The notes below the pieces were generated by a model, which saw nothing but the letters and a program-made list of their open reading frames with translations, had not been told where the DNA came from and made no database searches. Shown piece after piece: positions 41,010-57,559 of a stretch of DNA of 64,000 nucleotides. The stretch lies in assembly GCF_006345805.1 (NCBI RefSeq), contig NC_042998.1:115878001-115942000 (forward strand). Direction: 5' to 3'. Each line of letters starts with the position of its first letter. Position 1 is the stretch's first letter. This DNA is from Octopus sinensis (lineage: Eukaryota). Position numbers and translations under genes: made by a program.

Positions 41010-42461
41010 GTATATAGTACACATACATTTTGTGCATTATGCATATATAATATAGGTTTACAATATGCATGTATATTGTATGTATGTGTGCAATATGCAA
41101 GTATATGCGTGTCTACGAATAAATTTAATACATATTATGCGTAATTTTTCTAACATTTGAAATTTATTTGCATTGTTACTTTATTATAATTCGCAAAAAA
41201 AAAGACTGTTGTTATGTTTGTGTATCTTTTGTTCGGTGATATACGCAGAGTTTATATGTATTTATTTCATGATATATATATAATCTATGTAGAACATGAT
41301 ATTTTAACGTGCTGAAGTCTAGCAACAGCCATTTACAAATAACTCTGTATTCACTTATATTCACATTGTGAGATATTTACTCGAAGTTTAGATACCGACA
41401 GAATTTCGAACATTAACATATACATTCATACACAAGTACATTCATGCATCCAGAAGAAACATATGCGTGTACACACACACATGTACATACAAATATATAT
41501 GTGTGTGCGCGTGAGTATGTATGTGTATAAATATATATATATATGTGTGTGTGTGTGTGTAAAGGGAGAGGCAGCTAATTTACAAGCATGTATTCATATA
41601 TTTTGGCTCACACACACTCATATATATATATATAACCCTTTTAATACTTTTATACTTCTTGCTTGCCCGGCTCTATGAATGAATGATTTGTTCTTTACCG
41701 TACTCATTTAAGAGCATAAGATGTTGTTTTACATTCAGATTCGCATGCATTTCAAAAGATAGGTTCTCCACTTTTTTCATCACCGTCTCCCCTTTGTGAA
41801 TAGACACTACAAACTAATTTTTAAAATACAAGCAAAAAGAAAGAAAGGAAAAAAATGAAGAATTGTATACGAAGAAACAAAGACATCCACCTGTTACATC
41901 TCATGAAATATATATATCGAGCGATATTTAAGTTGTTCTTTGAAATGTTTGTGTGTGTGTGAATTCTACTATTCATCTGAAGGGAAAAAAGAACGAAATA
42001 TATTAGTCATATAGATAGCAATGCAAATAACATATGAGCTGTCATGTATATGAAAAAATAACAAAACGTCATGGAATTATGAGCAATATTGGGAAAAACA
42101 CAAAACTTTTTTTCCGTTTTCATAATGTCCATTTTTAACTTTTTCCTGATTTTTCTTTAATTTTATATTATAAATCAAAACAAACGAAATAAGAGATTAA
42201 GGGAGATAAGGACGTAAGTAACGAAACAGTAACCAGAACTGAACAAGACAAACGAAACAAAACACAGAAAGAAAAAAACAGTCACAAAAGAGCAAACAGT
42301 TTTGCGATAAAAAAAATGGCGACATTAAACAACGATTATTTCGATGACAACGATGGCGACGATGACAAAGTCAGCAATGTTAGCAGTAACAATATGACAA
42401 CAAAGAATAACATTGCTTTGGCGATTTTTGACAATGAAGTTATAAATTCCTTCAAGGGATG

Positions 42462-42506
<45 letters not shown>

Positions 42507-42727
42507 CTATTTGAATTAAATGGAGGGTGGACGTAGAAAAAGTCCGCAAATGCGTTAAACAAATCGTTTTGCTCCTTCTCTTCCGACGCCATATTCTCCT
42601 GCTTCTTTGTGATGCTAGAAAGGAATTGCATCTTTTCATCTTTGATTTTCCTCTACATTTTGATTCTTCTCCACTGTCATTCATGAAATATATTTTTGAT
42701 CACTTTACATATACACACACATATATA

Positions 42728-42795
<68 letters not shown>

Positions 42796-43402
42796 TAGAT
42801 GCATATATGCATCTATGCATGAATATATTTTTGCATGTACCTGTGAAGGAAGTATTTCACAATGTTGTTGACATGAGTCTTTAATTAGATGTAATTGTCT
42901 CTTTTCTTTAACGACTCCGCTTTTCAAGGAAATAAATCAGTGTATATGTATTTATATATATATATATGTGTGTGTATGTGTGCGTGCGTGTTTGTGTGTA
43001 ACTGTGTATGTATGTATAAATTTACACAATTCAGCCAGTCACTTTCAGCGACAATGAACAAGTTGCTGACAGAAATGTTGGATTGTATTTTCTTCAAATT
43101 TATTCCTTTAAAATTTGTGTTGTTGTTGCTATTCTGAATGAATCATAAATCTTAATCTTTTACTTCTTTATTTCTTTTTAAATTCTTTCATATGTTGTTT
43201 TTATAGTTGTTTTGTTTCTTTTTCAGCCATGCTACATTTTCTCGAAGAGTGTTTTGGTTTCTTTTTCCTTTTTTTTCTTGTTTCAGCTAAAAAATCATTC
43301 ACAAAAAATAAACCAACGAAATTATGTTGGTTATCAAAATATCAAAAGTTAGTTTAGCTTTCACATCAACAAATATATATAAATACATTTATACATATAT
43401 GC

Positions 43403-43439
<37 letters not shown>

Positions 43440-44299
43440 ATATATTCACACTGATGAATTTTGTAGTCTGTTTCTACATCAAACAGTATTTTTTTTATAT
43501 ATTCATTTTTTGTTACCCTGAAAACAAAACAATTTTCTCAATATGTCTGTTGTATATTTTCAATATAGATATTTTTAAATACTAAATTTTACTTATGAAT
43601 TTCAATCAGTTTATAAATAGTGTTTGCATTTTGTGAAAATTCAGTTTCATTTAATTGGTATATAAATATTTGAACCCATTACAAGTCTTTGATGCAAATA
43701 TGCCTTCACGCTTTTGGGTTGAAATTCATCGTCTGTTTTAACTAGAAATGTTCTTCATTCTTGATCGTCTTTTTTTTTGTTTTCGATTTTTTTTATAAAT
43801 AATATTTTAAAACCCGTCTTCCCTTCTCAATTTTTTCTACAACGCTCACCCACACTAATATTTCTTTATTTATATTACCTTTTCTTTCTCGTCCGCTCTC
43901 TGCTTCTCTCCGTTACTCTTTTCCCATTTATCTGTCTGTCTTTTTCTTTCTCACTATGTATACAATCTCCCACACTCTCATTCACACAGACACACGTTCT
44001 TTCACTCATTCATTCCATCTATTTCTATAACACACTCTTCCTATCTCCCATAGTGGTACATATTCTTACTGATTACCATGATGTGGCCCTTTATGTCATC
44101 CCGGCAGATCTTGGATTATTCCTACTTACATAGACACTCGCAAACACACAAACGCAAACATATATATATATATATATATCATATTTTCATATATGTATGT
44201 ATATGTAATCTATATAAATATATATGTATATATATACATATATATACATATATGTATATAGAAATATATATATGTATATATATGTACATATATATATAT

Positions 44300-44381
<82 letters not shown>

Positions 44382-45379
44382 TATAATCTGTGTATGTATG
44401 TGTATGCATGTTTACGTGAGAATGTTTCTGAACTTTTCTAGATGCGGTATCCAACACTTACGAAATACAGCGCTTACCAAAGTCATAACTTCGTGTGTAT
44501 GTATATATATTCTTCATTTATTTTAAAATTAAATATGTTACAACTGTTTCACAATTTTATCCATAATATCTTACAACCCTCATCCAAGAATCAACTGTCA
44601 GAAATCGGGTCACTCTTGTGAACCGATTTACAGATCTTCTTGAGTTTTCTAAGAATGCGTGATAATATTGCATGTCTGTCTCCATTGAATTAAATCATTA
44701 CCTCAAAACTTATCACATTACAGAAAACTTTACGGAACCAATTCAATTATTTCACTTATTGCGCGTTGGTAATTTGTAACCTCTTACTAACTTGAGTTCC
44801 TATTTGTTTATTTTTAAATCCGGACGAAATTTGTGATACCAATATGATGCTTCGTAACAATATATTACGATAAATGATGTCAGAGATTGGAGAGTATGAG
44901 CTAGAGGTTTATAAGTTGTTTGAAACGAAACATAAATTGATCCTAAGTGACAGTGTTGCATGTGGAATGAAGGTTGTTTAAGATACATGAATCAAATAAT
45001 AATGATCATTCGGGTGAAAACTCTGTAACATATCTGAAATTATCGACAAAGACAACAACAACAATAACAAAAAATATGATTACGTTTTATACTTATTAGA
45101 ATATAGTTAATCACTATCTTAATAAGAGTTTTTCTTTACAGTCTACTCATCTATGAGTACTGCCATTGTCTCATCTTAATTCTGCAAAACTTGGTACTAA
45201 TTAGTAAAATTCCTGAGCTGCTGGTCAACATTCATATGACTATATATATACATATATAATATATATATATATATAATATATATATACATATATGTTCATA
45301 TACATATATAGATACATGTATACATATACGTATATGCATATATATATATATTATATGTATATGTATGTTCACATATATG

Positions 45380-45418
<39 letters not shown>

Positions 45419-45545
45419 GCATATATATATATATATATATGTATATGCATATATATGTATTTATATGCATACATATATAGATATATATGTAGATATATAT
45501 ACATATATAATATATATACATATATATATAATATATATATATAAT

Positions 45546-45595
<50 letters not shown>

Positions 45596-45839
45596 TACTC
45601 ACATATGTGTGTGCGTGTGTGAGCGTACTTGCGTGAGTACGTCTGTACATTTCGGCCGTTTCATGATTTTATTGTACAGGATGTGCTATTTTATCATTTC
45701 CGATTAGTTTCTTAAAAATAACATCTCTCAGATGGAGTTAGCTTTATTCGTTGTCAATTCAAAGAGAAGATTCTTGTTATATTCTTGGCAAAGATATATA
45801 TCTGAATTATCTCGAAAAAGAGTTCAAAAAGAGTACCGT

Positions 45840-45882
45840 AATAATAGTAATAGTAGTAGTAGTAGTAGTAATAATAATAATG

Positions 45883-45943
<61 letters not shown>

Positions 45944-46035
45944 TAAAAATAATAATAATAATGATAATAATAATAATAATAATAATAGCAATTCTATTAA
46001 TAAATATTAATAATGGTAATAATGATAATAATACT
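45840..46035. repeat. (AGT)n/(AAT)n trinucleotide array
   Basis: Directly visible; further (AAT)n arrays at 20325-20412, 50225-50320, 50695-50775, 57170-57240 and 60608-60657. Confidence 0.96.
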
Positions 46036-46877
46036 ATGGTGTCTGATGGCATACGTAGCTCTCTCACTCAATATTAATGACGGTGATGATGGTGATGATT
46101 TATAAGTGCATTATGAGATTATGGTGAAATATTGTATATAAGTTGGTATGTGATTGTGTATACAATATTGAAAGAACTATGAAAATATTAATAAACATAT
46201 CCTCAGAATGAAACATAAATAAGGAAAAGTATATATAATTAGCAAGACAGCTTGTCTTGTCTGAAGAAGAAAATTGTACTTATAAAAGATATTGTTGAAT
46301 GCAACAACTAACAATGTTAATGTAATTCTCCTTGAAATTTCAGACGCAAATCCCAAAATATATCTCGTAAATTATGAAATATAACATCAATAAATTATCA
46401 AATATGGCTTATCTAGATCGATGTTCAATAATCTTTTTTTTGTAATTTTTTTTTTTTCAACGACGAATATATTGATTTCACTTTAGATGTATGTCTGAAA
46501 AGAACACGAACCATAAATTGTGATGGAAAATAATAAAATCAAATGATTGTTCAGCTACAGTATAAACTTTATAGCTAGCCTAAAGAAAAAGTGGAACACA
46601 CACCCCAGGCAAACACATGCATGCACGCACACAGACACAGAGTAAACTAAGGCGTCTTCAATAACTGAGTACCAATAAATAATGGGAAGTCAAATAGAGC
46701 CTATGTAACATAGTACTTATCTCTTTTATATGTGACCTGTTCTCAATATCTGTTTTATAAGTATTCATCTTAATACATACATTGATAGATGCATATATAA
46801 ACACGGGTACACATGACACAGACACATAACACATTTGTGAATATGTACATACACACATACGTACATATATATATCGG

Positions 46878-46910
<33 letters not shown>

Positions 46911-47220
46911 TATATTATATATATATATATACATATATGTAGAGTGGATGGTGGGTTAACACACTTGTGAATTACAATTAAGCTCCTTAAGGCAACTATG
47001 TTGATTGGTGCGCACACGCGTGAGTTGTTTGAGATGGAATGTAGATACTCATTGTTTGTCCGTTATTGTTTTTCCGATATCCACCGCCCGATTTCGACTG
47101 TCTTTCTATGCATTTTGTCTGCGTCCTGATGAAGTTGCTCTTTGAGAATTCAAACTCTCTCAATAATTTTTGTTGACACTATTCCATAGCTGCACAACCA
47201 AGTTGTTATCCGCTACACAA

Positions 47221-47252
<32 letters not shown>

Positions 47253-50246
47253 TATATATGTGTGTGTGTGTGGTGTGTGTGTGTGTGTATGTGTGTGTGT
47301 GTGTGTCTGTGTGTGTGTGTGTGTGTGTGTATGTATACATGCATATATTCATTTTACATAAGATTGTAGATAACCTTAAATATGAACGCATAGATACGGA
47401 CACTCATTCACTTATCGTTCCTGTTAATCTAGAAACTTTTTCTGAGCTCCTTGTATGTTTCACTGCTGTATCCTTAGAAACAATTGAAATTTACTCCCAT
47501 CAGGCCATTGATCTGATCAAGGAGAAATACTATTAAATAAATTGTACAATTAAACACAGAAGCGCCTTTAACAAATATTAACGAACCTATCTGTCTAGCT
47601 TACTAGTTACCTATGTCTCTTGTCGCCTATGTAACTAGCTTACATCCAACGTATCAATCGGTTTGATTATCACTGAGGATATATATATTTCTATGTATTC
47701 AAGAGAACTGAGAAACTATTTTATTAATAAATAATATTCGAGGAAAATATTGGTAACAGTGTTGCGACATTGTCACATATATAATTCTACATAAATGTCC
47801 CACAATATAAAAAAATACAGTACAATTTTATCAGATACTAGTAGGCAGAAATGATGTGGATCATCTTGGACATTTCTTCAGAGACTGTCTTATCAAGAAA
47901 TATTTATATATGTGTATGTGTGTATGTGATTATATGTACATATAATGAATAGAAAATGTTTCTGTTCTTAAATGGATAAGATGAAAGTTCCGTGTATGCA
48001 TATATAAATCTATGTGTATATATCTATACATAATTTTTGATGAGATGCAAAACAGAAAGAAACGAAAAAAGAAAAAACAACAAGGTGCGCTGTGAAACTA
48101 GAGTCCATACTTTGGATCTGCGTTTGTCGTTAATGAATTATGTATTTTGAATTTTAAAAAGTGTTGCACCTTCTATATAAGGAGTATTGATATATATTAT
48201 ATTGAATAATAAACCTCTAACTCAAAAACTGAAGGTAGATAATAAAATTATATCGAAAAATGTTGAAATACAGATCACTGGAAAAAGAAAAAAATCAATC
48301 CCCCGTCAAGTATGACTCTGTGGATAACAAAAAGAAATATTATTACTAATTCTAATTATTATTATTATTATTGTTGTTGTTGTTGTTGTTGTTGTTATTA
48401 TTATTATTACTCTTGTGGTGGTAAGTTACTTTTACCTTGTCTGCGGTTAACAAATAATATGAATTAAATTTATAGTTGTGACATTACTATATGTGAATGC
48501 AAGTGCTTGCGGGCGCACGTGTGCTTGCCTCTTTGTAATAGCTAATCCCTTATAAAATACGTATCAACAAAGACTTATATACCTGGCAAGTATTTCATAT
48601 ATTATTTACTATGTGTTGATTTTTTATGTTAAGTTTGGCAGAATAATTAGATTAGCAACATAAATAAAGGAATATTTCATTGTTAGAATTCAATGAAGAA
48701 TTATGCTGATTAAAAATTATATTTAGCAATATTCTTCTTAAATAATTTCCTTTTCTTGTTTAGAAATAATTCCATGAAGTTTAATTAAAACATGATTTTT
48801 AAGCTATTATTTACTAAATGCATTATCTAAGTATATTAATTAATTTTAACATAGTACAGCTTCTTTTATTAAAAAGCATGATATACTTATTAATAGAATA
48901 TAGGAATCTGAACCACTGCAAACGATAGCTCCCTGCATTAGTAGTGTATAACGAATACAACTATTCATATTTCCCTACCACATTGTTAGATAAACTATAC
49001 GTCTGCCATACGACTAAAGCGAATATAATAGAAAAACAAGTAATACAGATGATAGTAGTAATGCTGATGATGTTGGTAATGACGATAATAATAGTGCAGT
49101 CGATGATGATTGTGACAATGATGATAAGGAATAAAAACGAAGATATATCTTTTAAATGCCAAGGTACCCACTGAGAGAGAAAAACATATTGAGGAAATTA
49201 TGAATAGAGTTTATATGCAGGATACATATTTACCTAGGTCTATACGTGCATTCATGTAAACACAGTTGAATTTGTACTGACATGCAGTAGATATAGACAT
49301 GCATACATTAATAATTAGATAAATACGTAGACTCACACCTACACTAACATACACAGACACATACATATGTTTATATGGAGATTTAAAGCAGGTTAGAGTC
49401 AACAACTGATATAAGGGAGAAAAATCAAAATTGCTTCTTTCAAATTCCGGCCATTTTAATTGGATATAAATTGAGTACACTTCGTTATTATTCACTTTCT
49501 GTATAGACACACACTTATTTTCTGTCCCTCACAAGCACATACATAAACACATTTATAAAAGAAAAATACAAAAACACGCACAGAGAGACAACCATGTCAA
49601 AACATACGCATGCACTCACCATCATCGTTGTTAAACTACCCAGTTAGAAATGGATTTTTACTGATGCATGTATGCATATATTTCATGCGTTTTAATGCAT
49701 ATTTGTACATGATATGTCTATATGGTATTGTTTGTGTCTATACTGATGTCGATATTTGGCTATATCATTGATTCAGTCTTCATCCATAGTAAGAATATAT
49801 GAAGACTTACAATCGTTTAAAAGTAGAAAGGAAGTAGAAAAAATCTCATTACGTCTTTGACACCCACCCATCAATGAATATATATTTTCATATACGTACA
49901 TACATATATACATACATATATGTAAGTCACTTATTCATGCCTGCATAAAAACATACATGCGTTGATTCATTCATAAATACACTACAATGCACACATGCAT
50001 TCAAGCATACATAAAATCTGTGAAAGAACAGATTTATTGATGTGCAGGAATCTTAAATAATAGAATATTCTTGAAGAATTCCGACAAATACAAATACAAA
50101 AACGGCACGAATAAACACACACACATACACACTTCTATAACGTATATACATACATTCACGCGCATTTATTCTCTGAAAATAGTACATTTTGGTGAATTCA
50201 TTGAAATGTGATATAATTATCTTAGATAATAATAATAATAATAATC

Positions 50247-50295
<49 letters not shown>

Positions 50296-50697
50296 GTAAT
50301 AATAATAATAATAATAATTGCAATATTTTTTCCCCTTCTGATGTCTGATGTCTTTTATCGATCCTGCCAAATGAAACAGTGTCGTCATGTTAAACATAGA
50401 ATCGAACAATGGCAATGTTTGTCTCCGTAGTGATAAATTCTGCTGCTAATGATGCATATGCTTATGAGAATGACAATGTGAGATGGTGAGTGACAATGGT
50501 GAAACAAAGGAATGGGAATTTTCTGATACACGATTTCACTTACATCCAAACAAGATGAAGTAATCATAGCATGCAATCATCTATATTTTAGCATTTCTCA
50601 GTTATACTTAAGCGGTAAAAAAAATGTAGAGATCAATGACCATGCTTACAAAATATCATTATTACTAGTATTATTAGACGTTGATGCTCCCTGTTTA

Positions 50698-50749
<52 letters not shown>

Positions 50750-51231
50750 ATTATTATTATTATTATTATTATAATTTCCATTTAGCATGGATATCCTTAC
50801 AATTTTGTGTGCTACTATAGTTGTTGTTGTTTGAAATTATTATTAATATTCTAACCATCATTATTGTTATTATCACTAGTAATACTATAACGTATGCATT
50901 ATTGCGTAATTAACCTCATTATCATTATTGTTTTCATTGCTCTTGTTGACAACTAGAAGTTAGACTTTGGTAAACGCCAGTTTCAATCCACCCAGAAATA
51001 ACAATGACCTCATCGTTAGAGGGTGGCTGTTGAAACATTTTTGTCGGAGTGTTGAAACCATCCTAGACATGCTACTCACTGAGTTTGCGTGTGGGGGAGG
51101 AGATGATAGATATATAGATTGAAAAAATCGTTGTGTCATCAAGGGTTGATGTTATTTTCCCTCGCTGATGTCAACGACATACTACATATTTGTCAAACTG
51201 CTACCCATCACCAACCTCCCCTGCTTACAAT

Positions 51232-51405
51232 TTAGCCGTAAGCTTCTTTCCCGCTAGCAGCACTAAACCCGGCTAGAGGCATAAAATGTATGCCATTATC
51301 AGTTATGCTCTTCTTTCGGGGACCTTTTTTGACTGTTTTTTTCGATGATCCAAAACATTTCATCGCGAACCGGAATTCTCTCATCATCTCTGCACAAATG
51401 GAACG
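51232..51405 (-). CDS. Terminal coding exon of a kainate-type ionotropic glutamate receptor (cytoplasmic tail)
   Basis: Acceptor TTTTTTTTCCTATATTTTCACAG|CGT, phase 0 matching the upstream exon; RSICAEMMREFRFAMKCFGSSKKTVKKGPRKKSITDNGIHFMPLAGFSAASGKEAYG-TAA. The EM--E-RF--KC-GS pattern resembles the post-M4 tail of invertebrate kainate-like receptors. Confidence 0.87.
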   Translation of the reverse strand, partial: RSICAEMMREFRFAMKCFGSSKKTVKKGPRKKSITDNGIHFMPLAGFSAASGKEAYG

Positions 51406-51559
51406 CTGTGAAAATATAGGAAAAAAAATTAAAGAAATACTTCTTTGTAAAACAATGTTTTCAAACAAGTACAATCAAAAAGAGATAAGTCATAAAAAAT
51501 ATTAAAAAATACTACCCTTACTTACTACATGAACTCTTCTCTATCATATATATTAAAAG

Positions 51560-52150
51560 GAAAAAACTGTAAGACACTTTTAAGAATCTCGATCGAGTCA
51601 ATCATACTATCATATATACAAATTATATTTTTTCGCAAATCCCATCCTGTCGGTAAGAACCATGTCTTATAGTAGTGCTTACGAAACACAGTCATCAACC
51701 TACCGGGAAGAAACATGGGATGTAGTGGCACCTACAAATCACAGGATGGTTATAGACTGGAACACTTTTGTTTAGATGTGTGTTGGATTAGGTCCACTCT
51801 GAAGCTAAGTATAACGCTATTAAAACAACAACAGTGCACAACAATGGAACCTTTATGTGCACATCCGACCTGCTTGAAATTCCAGTCAAATTTCCACAAA
51901 ATTACACCCTAGAGCTTAAAGATATGGACAACACATTGAATGATAAATCCCTAAAATAAAAAGTATTGGATGTTCATGGCTAGAATGCTTTTTTGGATAG
52001 GTCTTTCGAATCAGTTTTTGACCAGTGGTTAAACAATAACACGGCAGTAAGAAAGCAATGGATTGAATGCTAGAGCAATAAATATATTCTCCTTGGTCGG
52101 CATGTTGCCACTCTATCGATTGCTTAGTTGCATCTCTTTCCAAACCACTT
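51560..52150 (-). mobile_element. Possible highly degenerate non-LTR RT fragment
   Basis: Broken frames with VATCRPRRI, QK...HEH and FDWNFKQVGCAHK, loosely matching RPI, QKGF...EH and DL--AFGSV-H; weak. Confidence 0.3.
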
Positions 52151-54333
52151 ATTTTCTTAAATAAGCTGATGGAACCTATTATATCTCTGAATAATTTGAT
52201 TTTATCAATGCAGAATATAAAATATGCAATATTTCAATCAATACTTGTCTTCAGATTTCATCGAATTCATAACATTTTTTCTTTTGTTCTCATCCATTTT
52301 GAAGAGAAGATGATATTTAATTGACAGGAGTCTAGTTTATAAGTTGTATATATAATGAAGTAGAGAGGGAGAGAGAGAGAGTTGAAGAAAGAAAGAGAAA
52401 ACAGAGAGAGAGTTGGAAAAAGAGGGCAGGAGAGAGGAGCATATAGAAAATCGATTAAAGCTAGTCTGAAACTCAGAGCAAAGCAACAAGAAACTAACCA
52501 CTGTATCATGTTATGTGACTTAAGCAAGTAACTATTATTATTCTATATTACAATACTAATCATTTAGATTTGAAGTTGTAGCTGATTAGTTTCCAGTTAA
52601 GGTTTATTTCTAATTAGCTGAAGAAACAAATTATAGAAAAGTAACGAAAGGAAATATCTTCTAAGAACTCTCCTATTGACTAATTTCCACCATCGTCCAT
52701 CATCTCCACTTTTCTTGGATTCTGCATTTTCATCTTGCATTATCTAAATCAACGATTTAAATGTAGATCATTTACATACAGTAAATGGAATACAACTGCC
52801 TAGAGTCAAATATGATGAATTGGCTACTAGTTTCTTTTTTGCAGTTGGGATATGGAAAATAGATTAAACCCAAGGTTGTATAATTTGAAGATGGCTATAA
52901 TTTATTATATAGATACAATACTTGTGACCAGCCCACACAGACAAAAGGAAAAGCAAACCTGAACGTGACTGGATAACTGCTAATTTATAGAGCCCAATAG
53001 AAAGCCAAAAATAATCACAGCTAATTTAATAGTATAAAAATACATCAACTTAAATATTTTGTGAGAATCTCATGGGGACATTGTAACAGGTTTGGATTTT
53101 ACATGTGACGTTAGGCAAATAACTGAAATTTTCTAAAGTTTCATTTCTAGGCTAGATTTAGCTAGTTTTAGCTAAGCAATAGATTTGCGAATTGTCATTG
53201 TTAGTGCTATTTAACACATAGTTAACTCTAATCAAACAGTTTTAACTGGGAAAAATTCACTTATTCTATAATTTGTTTTGATATACATAAATTATTAGAT
53301 TTCCTTATTGAAGATGCCTAAGTGTAGATTGAGGGAAATGAGTCTCCTATTTCAAGCACACCGAGTGTCTACATACAAATCGCACGTTCGTCAATATGCT
53401 TATGTGTAAAGCAAATATTTTCTATCTAATAGTTTTACATTATATAAACTTTGATAGTTCGTACTATTTGAATCCATTTATCATGGTGTTATATATCTTA
53501 TAAAATAGCTCTGAATTACAACGATTGCTGATAGCAAACAAATAACAAATGTATTGCCTGCATAGAAATCGGTAGAATTAGCTGCTGAGAATTAAATGTT
53601 TTAAACACAGATGCAACGATATTTATGTCAATTCGAATCACTTATCTCATATGTATAGTGATTAGTTGACGTCAAACATTCGTGAGGAGAGAATGAAATA
53701 CTTTCTGTGGTGTCTCGAAGTAAATACCTAAAACAATACAGAGTAGCATAAAAATGTTGGGTTGAAAACCCACTGTTTGAAGGAGAAGAAAAATCCCCTC
53801 CCCGCAAAGCGGATTCTGCCCGTGGGAATCCAACTCACACACACACACATTTTAAATAAAATAAGATAACAAGTCCAAGCCAATGTGATATTTCTAGGAT
53901 ATTCATAAAGACAAAGGTGGTATTATAGCAGTTCGATGAAAATAAGTGATATCCTACCATCAGAGATGAGTTAAGAGAGCTTCACTAGAAGGAATAGGTA
54001 GATTATAATGAACTCTACTAATTCTTTCTATTGAAACTCTCTGAACTCGTCTCCGATGATGGGATATTGTTTATTTCCCTGAAACAGATGTAAGACCAAG
54101 TTTCTACTTATAAATTTCTTAGAAATATCACATTGCTTTGGCCTTGCTATCTTATTTTATTTAACATATAAACACTCGCACATTACTCGCTTTAGACTCA
54201 TCGCTCATACTTTTCTCGAACCGAGAGTTTAAAAGCGGTTCTTCCGTAGTACTTACATAACCTTACCTGCCTTTTGGATCTTCTGGATAATAGAACTTCT
54301 TAACCACTTATATATCTTATATAATATAGCGAG

Positions 54334-54365
<32 letters not shown>

Positions 54366-54594
54366 ATATAGTGAGAATTTACAAAGACAAAAATAAAAAC
54401 AAAAGACGATGTCGGGTGTGTAAAAAAAGATGTTTATATATACACACGCTGATATATGACCTACATTGGACGCCTTCTTCACATAATCACCGAACCTGGA
54501 GCTTAACTATGGTCTATCCATAGCACTTACTCAGCATTACCTGACACATTTGGGCCTTACTGACACCGGTACCTCTCATAACCTATACACACGG

Positions 54595-55646
<1,052 letters not shown>

Positions 55647-56009
55647 CATACTCATATGCAAACATATATATACACATACACGCGATATAAGTGTATACAT
55701 AAATACATATACATACATACAGACATATATATGATTTGAATAATAATAATGGTTCGATAATCGTGAGAAATTGACTGATGAACAAAGAGCTCAAGAAATT
55801 TAGGAAACCAGGTGATAAATGTAAAAAAAAATGAAGCAAAAAGCTACCTCACTTGACGCTTTCAGAGGTCACTGCCCCAGACGTCTTAGGTATTCATACG
55901 TCGGTTTGATGGAACACGATTCATTTTATTGATTTTGTATCTGCTTAGACACAAAGAAGTCTTCATAAATAGTGAAGGAACACATTTAGATGAATTACTC
56001 TATACCAGG

Positions 56010-56075
56010 ATAATTACTGGTACTTATTTTATCTTTCACAGGAGAATGAAATACTAAGTGCAACGGGACACGTCT
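56010..56075 (-). mobile_element. SINE family A fragment
   Basis: ACTGGTACTTATTTTATC core on the reverse strand. Confidence 0.45.
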
Positions 56076-56695
56076 TTATGTAGTCGCAATAATACTATGT
56101 AAATTTAATATTGTTAAGAATCTCGACTAGATATTTTCAGTATTGCGGTTTTTCGTCCTCGCCATATAAGATTGGCATTATATATATGAGGAAGTCGCCA
56201 GGTTTATTGATTTACAGAATAACAAATGTGTCTTTTCCTCCTCACGCTAACATAGTATCAATACACATACACTTCCGCCAATGTATATACCGTGTGCATG
56301 TGTGCATATGCGTGTGTGCGTATGTGAGTGTGTGCGGGTGTGTGTGTGCGGGTGTGTGCGTGCGCGTTTGTTTTTGTGCGTATGTATGTGAATTTATCTC
56401 CGTATGTATATATACATTTATAATACATACCTTCGTATTTAAGTATGTATACGTATGCGCATTTATGTTTGTATGTATGTGAAGGTGTATGTATATCTGC
56501 ATGTATGTATATATATATATAAGTGGATATATTTGTATATATATATGTTTATATGGTCGCACATTATAATATATAAATTGACAATACATACATTCACATA
56601 CTCCGACAATTCGCAAACATATGCAACAGTCACAGAAGTATACACATATAGATGACATATGTACATGTATATACATACATACATACACACACAAA

Positions 56696-56776
<81 letters not shown>

Positions 56777-56873
56777 AATATATATGACAAAACATATTTG
56801 CATAAAGCAGGATATCAAGATGTCAGAGATAAGAAGTATAAAGAATCATTTAGTAATTGAATTGAAAACCTAC

Positions 56874-57139
56874 TTTATCTTCTTCAGCATTTTTCTTTGC
56901 TTTCCACACAAACTCCATTAAGGCAGCGATCAGGCCGGTGGCCAATCCGCCGCCGAGCACGACAAATACGCCCCCGACGGTGGAAACGCCCAATTCACTT
57001 GCATCTTTGTTAGCATCTTCGTTTGGACATTCCACCGCTCCATAACCTTCACGCCACCATTTGTTGTATAATAGAGTTATTACTTGTTCCTCTTGCAGTT
57101 TTAAGATGGCATCTGAGATGAGGTCCCGGTACGGAGACT
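56874..57139 (-). CDS. Internal exon of a kainate-type ionotropic glutamate receptor (end of S2 plus M4)
   Basis: Acceptor TTTCCTTCTTTCGTTATATTAG|, phase 1; SPYRDLISDAILKLQEEQVITLLYNKWWREGYGAVECPNEDANKDASELGVSTVGGVFVVLGGGLATGLIAALMEFVWKAKKNAEEDK. SPYRD, AIL-LQE, KWW, conserved Cys and L----VGGVF-VL-GGL are iGluR hallmarks; SPYRD is kainate-like. Confidence 0.94.
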
Positions 57140-57197
57140 CTAATATAACGAAAGAAGGAAATAACGTTACTAATAATAATAATAATAATAATAATGA

Positions 57198-57228
<31 letters not shown>

Positions 57229-57559
57229 AATATAACAATAAAAATAATACTTGATTAGCGAGAAGGACAGTATCCATGACAATTCAAAGACAAGAACAGC
57301 AAGGATTTATATAAACACGTGTAAACAATACAAAAATCGCAATGGAAAAGAAAATTACAACAAAATTCCTCAATAGAGCTGAAAAGGAAGACCCAAATTA
57401 GCGAGTCATCCTATTCACCAGGTAAGCGCTTATCCCTCCCCTGTACTTTTCAACCAACAGGTAGTAGCTCTTTGACATAACCTCACAAGTCAACAATGCT
57501 CGGACAGGCATGGGTGATTGCACTATCACGTCTATAAAGATGAACGAGGACCACCTAAA

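Noticed and set aside
47120-47160. CTGATGAAG...CAAAC hammerhead-like relic
   Set aside because: G12 is absent, stem II is irregular and no stem I partner was found; too degenerate to call.
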